Assembly: GCA_044440125.1 (NCBI GenBank)
Contig: JBITAJ010000029.1
Location: 64,001-128,000, forward strand
From: Sedimentisphaeraceae bacterium JB056
GTDB taxonomy: Bacteria; Planctomycetota; Phycisphaerae; Sedimentisphaerales; Sedimentisphaeraceae
Direction of reading: 5' to 3'
DNA length: 64,000 nt
The notes beneath the pieces were generated by a model that searched no databases, was not told the origin of the DNA, and saw nothing but the letters and a program-made list of their open reading frames with translations. This document shows, one piece after another, positions 49,774 through 59,085 of the stretch (positions are counted from its first letter, which is position 1; each line of letters starts with the position of its first letter). The translations under genes and the position numbers were made by a program.

Positions 49774-51576
49774 ATGCTTAAGAGAACACATAAATGCGGC
49801 GATCTTCGCATTGATGATGTAAATAAAGAAGTTGTAGTTAATGGTTGGGTGAATTCCTACCGCGACCATGGAAATCTTGTATTTGTTGATCTTCGTGACA
49901 GGTTTGGACTTGTTCAACTTGTATTCAACCCAGATCAGAATCCTGAAATGCACGAGAAGGCTCGTCATCTCAGATGTGAGTGGGTTATTGGCGTTCGCGG
50001 CAAGGTTAACAAGAGAGGCGAAGGCCTTGAGAATCCGAAAATTGCTACCGGTCAGATTGAGATTATAGTTGATGAGCTTGAAATATTCAGCGAAGCTAAG
50101 ACTCCGCCGTTCGAGCTTGATTCAGCAGATAAGGTTGGCGAGGATACTCGTCTTATACACCGTTATCTTGATCTTCGCAGACCAGCTATGCAGAACAAGC
50201 TTATCGTGCGTCATAAGATAGCCAAGCTTGTACGTGATTACCTCGATACTAATGGCTTTCTTGAGATTGAAACTCCTATGCTCGGTAAAAGCACACCTGA
50301 GGGAGCGAGAGACTTCCTCGTGCCAAGCAGATTGTGCGAAGGTACATTCTATGCGTTGCCGCAGTCACCGCAGCTTTTCAAGCAGATACTCATGGTTAGC
50401 GGTATGGATAAGTATTTCCAGATTGTACGCTGCTTCCGTGATGAGGATCCAAGAGCCGATCGTCAGGCAGAGTTTACTCAGATTGATATCGAGATGAGCT
50501 ATGTTGACAGCGACGATGTGATTGCTGTTAACGAAGGTATGATTGCTGCTATCTGGAAAGAGATAGCCGGTTATGATTTGCAGCTTCCCGTGCAGCGAAT
50601 GACATACAAAGACGCTGTTGATAATTATGGTATCGACAGACCTGACCTTCGTTTTGATATGAAGCTCAAGGACATTTCAGATATTGCCGGTGCGAGTACT
50701 TTCAAGGTATTCAGCTCTACAGTCTCAAATGGCGGAATCGTTAAGGGATTGTGTGCTCCGGGAGCGGCTACATATTCAAGAAGTGATATCGAAAAGACGT
50801 TGACTGAATATGTCGGCGGCTACGGTGCTAAAGGACTTGCATGGTTCAAGGTTGCGGCTAATGAAGACGGCAACGGTATTGACCTTAAGTCTAACATTGC
50901 TAAGTTCTTTACGGATGAGCAGAGACAGGAAATTATCAGCCGCTTTGATGCCAAAGACGGCGATCTTCTGTTGTTCGTTGCTGATAAAGAGGCTACAGTT
51001 AACAAGGCTCTTGCTCCGCTTCGTGTTAAGCTTGGTAAGGATCTTGGTCTTTATGAAGATAATGCACTCGCATTTGTGTGGGTGGTCGACTTCCCGATGT
51101 TCGAGTGGGACGAAGATGCTAAGAGATGGACATCTCTTCACCATCCGTTTACTGCTCCTATTGAAGAGGATGCCGATAAGCTTGATACTGATCCGGGCAA
51201 CGTACGTTCACAGGCTTACGACCTTGTTTGTAACGGCTCGGAAGTTGGCGGCGGAAGCGTTCGTATCCATGATACTGAAATGCAGAAGAAGGTATTCAAA
51301 CTTCTCAATATTACTGATGAGCAGGCGAATGTGCAGTTTGGATTCTTCCTCAAGGCACTCCAGTATGGTACTCCACCTCATGGCGGTATTGCTTTCGGTC
51401 TCGACAGGCTTACAATGATTCTTACCGGTACAGACAATATCAGAGACGTTATTGCCTTCCCGAAAACTCAGCGTGGACAGTGTCTGATGACAGAAGCACC
51501 AAGTGCGGTTGATGACAAGCAGCTTGATGAACTGAATATCAAGACAGTTGCAGTTGATGATATCGAAATCGACTGA
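49774..51576 (+). CDS. aspS: Aspartate--tRNA ligase
   Basis: RTHKCG, STPEGARDF, ALPQSPQLFKQ, PPHGGIAFGLDR. Confidence 0.98.
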   Translation: MLKRTHKCGDLRIDDVNKEVVVNGWVNSYRDHGNLVFVDLRDRFGLVQLVFNPDQNPEMHEKARHLRCEWVIGVRGKVNKRGEGLENPKIATGQIEIIVDELEIFSEAKTPPFELDSADKVGEDTRLIHRYLDLRRPAMQNKLIVRHKIAKLVRDYLDTNGFLEIETPMLGKSTPEGARDFLVPSRLCEGTFYALPQSPQLFKQILMVSGMDKYFQIVRCFRDEDPRADRQAEFTQIDIEMSYVDSDDVIAVNEGMIAAIWKEIAGYDLQLPVQRMTYKDAVDNYGIDRPDLRFDMKLKDISDIAGASTFKVFSSTVSNGGIVKGLCAPGAATYSRSDIEKTLTEYVGGYGAKGLAWFKVAANEDGNGIDLKSNIAKFFTDEQRQEIISRFDAKDGDLLLFVADKEATVNKALAPLRVKLGKDLGLYEDNALAFVWVVDFPMFEWDEDAKRWTSLHHPFTAPIEEDADKLDTDPGNVRSQAYDLVCNGSEVGGGSVRIHDTEMQKKVFKLLNITDEQANVQFGFFLKALQYGTPPHGGIAFGLDRLTMILTGTDNIRDVIAFPKTQRGQCLMTEAPSAVDDKQLDELNIKTVAVDDIEID

Positions 51577-51601
51577 TGATTGACGCGAAATAATTAAATA
51601 C

Positions 51602-51639
51602 AAAGCGGCGTGTAACAATTGTTATACGCTGCTTTTTTT
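51602..51639. terminator. Terminator between convergent aspS and U32 genes
   Basis: AAAGCGGCGTGTAAC/GTTATACGCTGCTTT plus a T tract. Confidence 0.8.
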
Positions 51640-51642
51640 ATA

Positions 51643-53460
51643 TCAATCAGTTTTGTAGATTTTCATGCCGCAGTTTTTACAGGTGAATTCTATGCGGTAC
51701 TTATCTTGATGGCTGCCTGTTATGTATAGCGGTGGTGATTGTGTTTCTGAGCCTTTGCAGAGACCAAGTTGACGACGGAGGCAGTATTTAGTTTTCATTA
51801 CGAGTTTGCCGTTCATTTCAATACCCGATTCCGCTGCCGGTTCTATATTTTCTACGCAGTGCTTAAGGTAGAATTCTTTCGCCTTTTCGTTAAGTACGTT
51901 TCCGAGATAAGTTAAATCTGTTTCCGGATATTTTGCATCCGGGTTTGGAGCGGTTATTCTTTGCGTTTTAGGTCTGCTTGCATCTCTGGCTTCAAGTAGG
52001 GCGGCGGCTATATTTCTTCTCAGCTCATTAAGCGTTGCGGCTGGGAAGAAGTACATTGATGAAAGGTCAATCTTTATATCTTGGCATTCAAAGACTGTGT
52101 TGCCGAATTTGCTTAGCTGTTTTCTAATATTGTTTTCGGCAAGCTCCGGATTTTTAGCTGCTTCTTTTGCCGCTTGTATTTCAGCTGCCGCAGTAGTTTG
52201 ATCAGAATCAACAGCGGTAAGTTTTATGCCTTCTTGTGTTTCTGTAAGCAAAAGGCTGATGCCTATCTTGCGATGAGCAGAGGTGTTTTCAAGCTGTTTT
52301 GTAAAAGCATGGTCGGAGTTGCGATAGATGAAGACGCCTGCTTCAATACTATCCATTTTCTGCGGATATATTCTGCCGTCCTGTGATTTGTTTATTACCG
52401 TTCCCTGCAGTAAGCCATCTTCATCGAAGAAGCATATGCCGTCACCATTATTAAGCTTCGCTGAATCGTTTTCAAGTTCAAAGAAATTCAAGCCGGTATT
52501 TGCAACTGTTGCGATAGGTTCGCCAATTGCTTTTGGTGTATCTATCGAGCCGTATTTGCCGGTATTTTTCTCTATGCCGTAATCTGTATAGCCTCGGTTG
52601 AAGGTTTTGTTCGGGTCGGGAATGAAATCGAGATACGTTTTGCCAGATGATGCCGCTTCAAGATTTCTTGCGGCAAGGGCTTCATCAAGTAATGTGCGAT
52701 AGTGGCCTGTTATATTTGCAACGTACGGGATGTTTTTCAGTCTGCCTTCGATTTTGAATGATGTGATACCTAAATCAATAAGCCTGCCGATATAGTCCGA
52801 GAGGTTGAGATCTCTAAGCGAGAGCAGATATTTTTCCTGCTCAATGGTATTCCCATCAGAATCGCTTAGCTCGTAAGTCTTACGGCACGGCTGGGCACAT
52901 TGCCCGCGGTTGCCGCTGCGGCCGCCTGCTGCATAGCTCATATAGCATTGGCCGCTCTGGCATACGCACAATGCTCCATGTATAAAACATTCAAGCTCAA
53001 TTGTCGTTGCTTTACGAATTTCTGCTATCTGCTCAAGCGTAAGCTCACGTGCGAGTATCACACGCGAGAAGCCCATATCTTCAAGAAACTTCACCTTCTC
53101 AGGCGTGGTGTTGTTTGTCTGTGTGCTTGCGATAAGCGGCACCGGCGGCATATCTATCTCAAGCAATCCCATATCCTGAATGATCAGGCCGTCAATGCCT
53201 GCCTGGTATAATGAGAAAGCAAGTTTTTGTGCCGACTCAATTTCATCATCGAATAGCAGGGTGTTCAGAGTGGCATAGACATTTGCGTAATACAGATGTG
53301 CGTGGTCGACAAGCCTTTTGATTTCGTCAAGAGTGTTTGCCGCCGCACTTCTTGCTCCGAATCCGCTTGCACCTATATACACGGCATCAGCGCCGCAGTT
53401 GATTGCGGCAATACCCGTAGCGGCATCTTTAGCCGGAGCCAATAGTTCTATTTTATTCAT
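51643..53460 (-). CDS. U32-family protein with DUF3656 (RlhA-like RNA hydroxylase)
   Basis: ELLAPA, GADAVYIG, HGALCV..SGQC, SGNRGQCAQPCR, FKIEGRLK. Confidence 0.85.
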   Translation of the reverse strand: MNKIELLAPAKDAATGIAAINCGADAVYIGASGFGARSAAANTLDEIKRLVDHAHLYYANVYATLNTLLFDDEIESAQKLAFSLYQAGIDGLIIQDMGLLEIDMPPVPLIASTQTNNTTPEKVKFLEDMGFSRVILARELTLEQIAEIRKATTIELECFIHGALCVCQSGQCYMSYAAGGRSGNRGQCAQPCRKTYELSDSDGNTIEQEKYLLSLRDLNLSDYIGRLIDLGITSFKIEGRLKNIPYVANITGHYRTLLDEALAARNLEAASSGKTYLDFIPDPNKTFNRGYTDYGIEKNTGKYGSIDTPKAIGEPIATVANTGLNFFELENDSAKLNNGDGICFFDEDGLLQGTVINKSQDGRIYPQKMDSIEAGVFIYRNSDHAFTKQLENTSAHRKIGISLLLTETQEGIKLTAVDSDQTTAAAEIQAAKEAAKNPELAENNIRKQLSKFGNTVFECQDIKIDLSSMYFFPAATLNELRRNIAAALLEARDASRPKTQRITAPNPDAKYPETDLTYLGNVLNEKAKEFYLKHCVENIEPAAESGIEMNGKLVMKTKYCLRRQLGLCKGSETQSPPLYITGSHQDKYRIEFTCKNCGMKIYKTD

Positions 53461-53477
53461 CTAATTCCGTTCACCAA

Positions 53478-54569
53478 TTACGGCAGGAAGTTTTTAGTTG
53501 CTTTTAGTTTCTGTGGCAGATATTCATTTACCACAAAGTCAAGACCATGTTTTGCAAAAGCCTGCTGCTCAACACGAACGCCCATTTTTAACATTTGATT
53601 AATTGACTTCTGCCATGATTTGTGATATTTGACGAACGGGTCGTTTTTTAACGCATCCTTTGCGCGCTTGATGTCCACTTCCTTAAGCGGGTGTGTTGGC
53701 AGGTCGTAATCGATAACGTCCTGAGGTGTTACACCAAGGAACCGAACCTGCGGCACGCAGAAATATTTATTCAGGTGCGCTGCGTTACCCGAGCCCACCT
53801 TGAGCGTACGATAGATATTGAAGTAACCGTAAGGGTCGCCATCAACAAACGCATATACCGGTATGTTGAGCTCGTCAGAAAGACGCCTGATAAATCTTCG
53901 GCAAGCTCTTGTCGGTACACCTCCCATACTCACAAGGATACAGTTTTCATGATCCCAGTAATCATATTTAACAAGGCGTTGGAACATACCGGCGGTTTCA
54001 ATCGCGAGTATATATTTGGCCTTGCTTTCAAATTGCAGACCTTCTACATCAATTGGGATGGAGTATGCACCTGAACCGAATTTTGTACAGTCAATACGGA
54101 GCTTGTTTCCCTTGCCGTCTTTGTCGATAACAACCAGACGTCCGGCGATGTCGCCGCCTTTTTCTTCCGGTATGAATTTGAGCTGTTCACGGTTTACGCC
54201 GAAAGTAGCTTCAACGTCATCCATGATGGTATCTGATTCGGGCTGTTCAGAAAAGCCTGCTTTGCCCCAGTTCTTGGATATATAGTACGCTTCCCTCTTC
54301 GTGGCCATATCATCTGTATCGATGAGCTCTTTTGAAAGTGCCATCATCTTGAGAGTCTGGGCGAATGTCTTAACAGTCGATACTGTCAGAGTCCTGAGCT
54401 TGCTTTTGCCCAGCATCTCAAAATAGCCCTTTTTCTCGTGATACTTTACGTTTGAAAGGGAACGTATTGGTGTTGACATTGTCGGCTTCTGCGATTTGAG
54501 GATCTTCTTGTGGACATCCTCTGCCGATTGCTTTATAAGTTCTGTTACAGGTGCTTTATTATCTGACAT
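53478..54569 (-). CDS. top6A: DNA topoisomerase VI subunit A (Spo11/Top6A family)
   Basis: TKREAYY (catalytic Tyr), AIETAGMF, GVPTRACRRF, DGDPYG (Toprim), VEQQA; ATG 54569 follows GGAG. Confidence 0.92.
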   Translation of the reverse strand: MSDNKAPVTELIKQSAEDVHKKILKSQKPTMSTPIRSLSNVKYHEKKGYFEMLGKSKLRTLTVSTVKTFAQTLKMMALSKELIDTDDMATKREAYYISKNWGKAGFSEQPESDTIMDDVEATFGVNREQLKFIPEEKGGDIAGRLVVIDKDGKGNKLRIDCTKFGSGAYSIPIDVEGLQFESKAKYILAIETAGMFQRLVKYDYWDHENCILVSMGGVPTRACRRFIRRLSDELNIPVYAFVDGDPYGYFNIYRTLKVGSGNAAHLNKYFCVPQVRFLGVTPQDVIDYDLPTHPLKEVDIKRAKDALKNDPFVKYHKSWQKSINQMLKMGVRVEQQAFAKHGLDFVVNEYLPQKLKATKNFLP

Positions 54570-54584
54570 ATTTACTCCGTTAAA

Positions 54585-54616
54585 AATTGACAATTGATAA
54601 TTGACAATTGATAATT
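54585..54616. repeat. Heptamer array (AATTGAY)x4
   Basis: AATTGAC AATTGAT AATTGAC AATTGAT AATT. Confidence 0.9.
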
Positions 54617-54982
54617 AAAGATTCTTGGGTTGTTTACTGCTTTTAATTATTGTTATCAAAATTTTGAGTATTTCTCTTATATCGGAATTTATAGAATCAT
54701 AGATTTCTTATCTAAATATCCTGATTGATAAAGTAATTCTAACCAATAATCTGTTTCATTAGCTTCTTTAAGTGCTATTGACATTTTATTAACAAAATCG
54801 GCTTTACTTTCACTATATTCGGCTTCTCTGACCATTGCTCCGATGCTGCTTCCACTTCGCAGTAATTGCTTACTTAAAATATATTCCGAATGAGTGTCAG
54901 CCAAGAATTTGTAGAGCTTAACTATTCGCAAGGCAAATGCAAAAGTTTTATTTTTTATCACATTTTCCTTAATCTCTACCAT
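54615..54982 (-). pseudogene. Four-helix-bundle (23S rRNA IVS protein-like) gene with a 1-nt frameshift near the 3' end
   Basis: KQLLRSGSSIGA..REA...ES..DF..K.SIALKEANET.YWL. The expected last helix (YDSINSDIREILKILITIIKSSK) continues in another frame to TAA at 54615-54617. Confidence 0.8.
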
Positions 54983-55093
54983 TATCAATTATCCATTATA
55001 TTAGTTATCAACCTTACTTTATGGCGTTAGCCGTAATTATCGTGAGCAAAGCGAACACCTTAATTGTTAATTGTCCATTATCAATTGTCAATT
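54977..55093. repeat. Inverted heptamer arrays (RTCAATT-like) on the other flank
   Basis: GTTAATT GTCCATT ATCAATT GTCAATT at 55066-55093 and ATCAATT ATCCATT at 54984-54997. Confidence 0.8.
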
Positions 55094-55095
55094 AA

Positions 55096-55506
55096 TTAGT
55101 TCCCTTCTACTGTTACCATGAATTTTCTTGTCCTTGCTCCGTCAAACTCGCAGAAATATATTCCCTGCCATGTGCCAAGTACCAGTGTTGTATCCTTTAC
55201 GAGGACGGTTTCGCTTGCTCCTACCAATGAAGACTTGATATGCGAGTCGGAATTATGCTCACAGTGACGATAACCCCTTCGGTTTTGCGGGAATATCTCA
55301 TCAAGAGTCATTAGTATGTCGTGTTGGACATCGGGGTCGGCGTTTTCGTTTATTGTGATAGCTGCCGTTGTATGGGGGCAGAAGACGTTTACTCTTCCTG
55401 CTTTTATGCCGCATTCACGCACGAATTGCTGCACTTGTGAGGTGATATCAATCATTTCTGAACGATGTTTAGTGCTTAGTCTGAAAACCTGGTCAAATAT
55501 CTTCAT
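55096..55506 (-). CDS. yjbQ: YjbQ/UPF0047 family protein
   Basis: HTTAAITINENADPDV, H.E.NSDSHIKS, LGTWQGIYFCEFDG. Confidence 0.92.
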   Translation of the reverse strand: MKIFDQVFRLSTKHRSEMIDITSQVQQFVRECGIKAGRVNVFCPHTTAAITINENADPDVQHDILMTLDEIFPQNRRGYRHCEHNSDSHIKSSLVGASETVLVKDTTLVLGTWQGIYFCEFDGARTRKFMVTVEGN

Positions 55507-55737
55507 AGTACTAATTAAAATTTACAAATTATAAAATGGTGAAACCGAATCAAAACAAGTTACACGAGAGCCTCTATTATCCATTGTCGGCTGTAAATTA
55601 TCAATCTAATATTAGCGAAAATTCTGTTTTTTTCAAGCTCATTTATAATACTAATGACATAGTTCACAATCATTCAGATGATACTTTAAAAACTATATAT
55701 TAGGTCTGCGTTCAGTTCCTCTATACTTTAAGTATAG

Positions 55738-55779
55738 AAAAATGATCACACAGGCGTTAAAGCTTGCGTGATCATTTTT
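55738..55779 (-). terminator. Terminator after the GH1 gene
   Basis: AAAAATGATCAC...GTGATCATTTTT. Confidence 0.7.
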
Positions 55780-55809
55780 AATTAACAAGGGAATATGTTT
55801 CTTTCATTA

Positions 55810-57189
55810 TCAGCTCAGTGAACTGCCGTTGGTCGCTATGACCTGCCTGTACCAGTGAGCGGAGTCTTTCAATATTCTCTGTTGTGTGTTATAGTCAACA
55901 TATATAAGGCCGAAACGTTTACTGTATCCGGCGGCCCATTCAAAGTTGTCCATTAGCGACCACTGGAAATATCCTTTCACTTCATTGCCTTCACTGATGC
56001 TTTTGCCCAGTTCAAGCAGGTGCCTGTGGAGGAAGTCTATTCTCTGCGGATCGTGGACCTTGCCGTCAAGAGCAGGCCAGTCGGGGTTTGAAAGACCGTT
56101 TTCGGTGATAAAGATAGGCTTTTTATATCTTTCATAGAAGAATTTAGTTCCCCAGTATAGGCATTCGGGTGTTACGGGCCAGTCAAATCCTGTTGTACCT
56201 ACAGCATTTGGGTTATTTGCTATATGGCTGATAGATTCGAACATATCACCGGTCTGCGGGCGATTTTCAGCACTTGAATATATACCGTTATATATATTCA
56301 GTCCGAGAAAGTCAAGGGGTTGTGATATCAGTTCCATGTCGCCGTCCTTGATTTTCGGGGCATCAAAAGCTATTCTCTCAAGATAACCATCAGGATATTT
56401 GCCGAAACATACCGGATCGAACCAAAGGCCGTCGCTCCAGAGCCTGTGGGCATCAAGACCGAACATGTCATCTTTTGCAGCCTGAATGTCTTCGGGGCTG
56501 GTGGTTTGCGGTATTCGGGTAAGTCCTACCGGAGCATATCCGATGGACGGCTTTGTCTTTGCGTATTGGCGTATTGTCTGAACGCTTCTGCCGTGAGAAA
56601 GCAGGACATTGTGTATCATCTGGTACATCTGGGAGGGGCTGTAATGGTCGCCTGGGGCATGACGTCCGTCTTTGTGCCCTATCAGCGTGAATACTTGCGG
56701 CTCATTCAGTGTCATCCAGTTTTGTACTCTGTCTGATAATTTCTCTGTCACTGCTTTTGTGTAGTCGGCAAACCATTCAGGGCTTTGCTCGCAAAGCCAG
56801 CCGCCTTTCTTGTACAGGCTTAGTGGATAGTCCCAGTGGAAGAGTGTTGCGTACGGCTTTATTCCGGCCTCCAGTAGGCGGTCAACAAGCCGGCTGTAGA
56901 AATCAAGCCCCTTTTCATTCACCTTGCCGGGAGTTTCAGACATTACACGAGGCCAGGATATCGAGAAACGATATGCTTTAAGACCGATCTCGGCCATCAG
57001 TTTTACGTCTTCTTCGTATTTATTATAGTGATTGCAGGCGACATCTCCGCTCTGATTCGACCATATAGCACCTTTGCGTCTGCAAAGCATGTCCCAAACG
57101 CTCATTGTCTTGCCGTCTTGCTCCCAGCCGCCTTCAATTTGGTAGGAAGATGTAGCTGCACCCCACATAAAGTTTTCTGGAAATTCCAT
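55810..57189 (-). CDS. GH1 beta-glucosidase
   Basis: WGAATSSYQIEG, YRFSISWPR, TLNEP, ITENG, DNFEWA. Confidence 0.95.
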   Translation of the reverse strand: MEFPENFMWGAATSSYQIEGGWEQDGKTMSVWDMLCRRKGAIWSNQSGDVACNHYNKYEEDVKLMAEIGLKAYRFSISWPRVMSETPGKVNEKGLDFYSRLVDRLLEAGIKPYATLFHWDYPLSLYKKGGWLCEQSPEWFADYTKAVTEKLSDRVQNWMTLNEPQVFTLIGHKDGRHAPGDHYSPSQMYQMIHNVLLSHGRSVQTIRQYAKTKPSIGYAPVGLTRIPQTTSPEDIQAAKDDMFGLDAHRLWSDGLWFDPVCFGKYPDGYLERIAFDAPKIKDGDMELISQPLDFLGLNIYNGIYSSAENRPQTGDMFESISHIANNPNAVGTTGFDWPVTPECLYWGTKFFYERYKKPIFITENGLSNPDWPALDGKVHDPQRIDFLHRHLLELGKSISEGNEVKGYFQWSLMDNFEWAAGYSKRFGLIYVDYNTQQRILKDSAHWYRQVIATNGSSLS

Positions 57190-57456
57190 CTTGTTTTCCT
57201 TGGTTTCGAAAGTTTTGATTGGTAACGAAAAATACTCAATTAATCTTAAAAGAATAATACTTGAATTGAAGATTTGTTGAAAGTGTTTTTTTGTGTTTAT
57301 TTGGGAAGCTGCATGCTTTTTTTTATGGTTTTATGTTTGATTTGCGCTAAATATATTAATTCAGATTGAAATTATATGAATTAAATGGTATATTTGGGTC
57401 TTACTTGCTTTTGTTTGTGTGCGATTTGAGGTAATATCGGGCGTTAAATTATTACT

Positions 57457-57906
57457 ATGAATAGTTATGATCCAATAAATTTATTACTTGTTGAAGATAA
57501 TCCCGGTGATCAGAAATTGTTTAAAACATCTCTGAAGCTGCAGAATATAAGTAATACTCTTAAGGTAACAGAGAGTGGAGAGCATGCTCTTGACCATCTT
57601 GACACTATTGTATCAAGCAGCGGCACATACAAAAAACCAGACATTATCCTTCTTGACCTCAATATGCCTGGAATTGGCGGCAAAGAGTTCCTTAAGAGGG
57701 TTAAATCTGATTCAAGGCTTAGAAGCATACCAGTAATAGTCCTAACCACGTCTGATTGTGAAAAAGATATTCATGATTGTTATGATCTGCAAGCTGCCGG
57801 TTTTATAAAGAAACCTGTTAGTCTTGATGGGTTTCTAAATGTTATAGATATACTCCAGCAGTACTGGTTCAAGGTTTGCAAACTTCATACACGAATAGGG
57901 TATTGA
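57457..57906 (+). CDS. Single-domain response regulator (Rcp1-like)
   Basis: LLVEDNPGD, LLDLNMP, VLTTS, KP; no output domain. Confidence 0.9.
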   Translation: MNSYDPINLLLVEDNPGDQKLFKTSLKLQNISNTLKVTESGEHALDHLDTIVSSSGTYKKPDIILLDLNMPGIGGKEFLKRVKSDSRLRSIPVIVLTTSDCEKDIHDCYDLQAAGFIKKPVSLDGFLNVIDILQQYWFKVCKLHTRIGY

Positions 57907-57925
57907 CAGGAAGTTTATAAAAAGG

Positions 57926-58020
57926 TGTCGGGTTGACCATGCACAGCCGACAAACGCTTATGGCTGCTCGGTTCCCCGCCTGACCAGGTTCACGTCACCA
58001 AACTTGCATGGGACCCGACA
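57926..58020 (-). ncRNA. ffs: Bacterial small SRP RNA (4.5S)
   Basis: Minus strand forms a long hairpin TGTCGGGT...ACCCGACA containing the conserved domain IV GGTCAGGCGG-GGAA-CCGAGCAGCC; followed by a T run. Confidence 0.9.
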
Positions 58021-58323
58021 TAATTCCCTTTAAAACTTATATGGGATGGGTTATTCTACACAGTAAGTCAATAAGTTCAATATTTATTGTCTTTTTTTTG
58101 TTAAAAATTAAGTTTTTTATTGAAGAATGTGCGATTGAAACCATAATAATGCTTTACGGAAAAGTTTCGTATCGGAGTGTCGATGTTGCCGAAGATACTC
58201 CGGGAGCTTGTAGAGACGTGTCTAATAGTTTGTTTTTGGACATATATACAGATATGCAGCTTTTTGAGCTTTACCTATAAGAAGTTTTCGGCTGATTGAA
58301 AATTTAATATTGGAGCAATAACG

Positions 58324-59061
58324 ATGGGACCTGTTTTAAAAGGGCTTATTGAATTACAAAGCGTAGAGAGCAGACTTCGTGGTATGAAGACTCGCCTTAA
58401 GAGGTTTAAAAAGGCTGTAGTTCTTCAACAAAAGCAGTTGAAAAAGCTTGAAGATGAGAAACAAGCCTGCAAAGATTCTATAATTGAGACCAAAAGCAAT
58501 ATAGACAGTCTTGAGCTCGAGCTAAAAAGCCGCGATGATACTGTTAACAAGTATAAAGAGGCTCTGAACAAAGCTAAGAACAATAAAGAATATGCTGCGA
58601 TTCTTACTGAGCTTAACACTAATAAGGCCGATAACAGCAAAATCGAATCAAGAATTCTCGAATATATGGATACAATAGAGCAGGCCAAAACTGCCTCAGA
58701 GAAGCTTGATGAAGATATGGAGAAGCAAAAGGCCTTGATTGAAGAGATAAAGGCTAAGGCAGCAGACAAAATATCAGAATGTGAAGAGGGTATTGCTGAG
58801 ATAGAGCAGCTTTGGCAACAGGCAGCTTCAGAACTCCCCGCAGATGCACTCAATTTATTCCAGAAACTTTCAGATACTTACGATGGCGAAGCTGTAGCTA
58901 CAGTTCAGCAGAGCGGCGGCCGTATAGTTAGCTATAGTTGTGGTGGATGTTTCATGAGTGTTACGGCTGAGACGATTAATCAGCTTATGGCTAAGGATGA
59001 GGTTTCGCAGTGCAAAAACTGCGGTCGTATCCTTGTTATCAAAGAATCAGAACAGGGCTAA
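58324..59061 (+). CDS. Coiled-coil protein with C4 zinc ribbon (DUF164/CT398-like)
   Basis: Long coiled coil, NNKEY.A, CGGCFM...CKNCGRIL. Confidence 0.88.
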   Translation: MGPVLKGLIELQSVESRLRGMKTRLKRFKKAVVLQQKQLKKLEDEKQACKDSIIETKSNIDSLELELKSRDDTVNKYKEALNKAKNNKEYAAILTELNTNKADNSKIESRILEYMDTIEQAKTASEKLDEDMEKQKALIEEIKAKAADKISECEEGIAEIEQLWQQAASELPADALNLFQKLSDTYDGEAVATVQQSGGRIVSYSCGGCFMSVTAETINQLMAKDEVSQCKNCGRILVIKESEQG

Positions 59062-59085
59062 TCTGAGCCGGAGAGATTTAAGTCT

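Noticed and set aside
54585..54616. Heptamer array as a CRISPR
   Set aside because: Units are 7 bp and contiguous, with no spacers and no cas genes.
54615..54982. Avd of a diversity-generating retroelement
   Set aside because: No reverse transcriptase and no TR/VR pair seen in the window; the DUF1566 gene's repeats are protein-level domain duplications.
58008..58280. 90-aa ORF upstream of the zinc-ribbon gene
   Set aside because: Overlaps the SRP RNA and its promoter; no RBS or family features.
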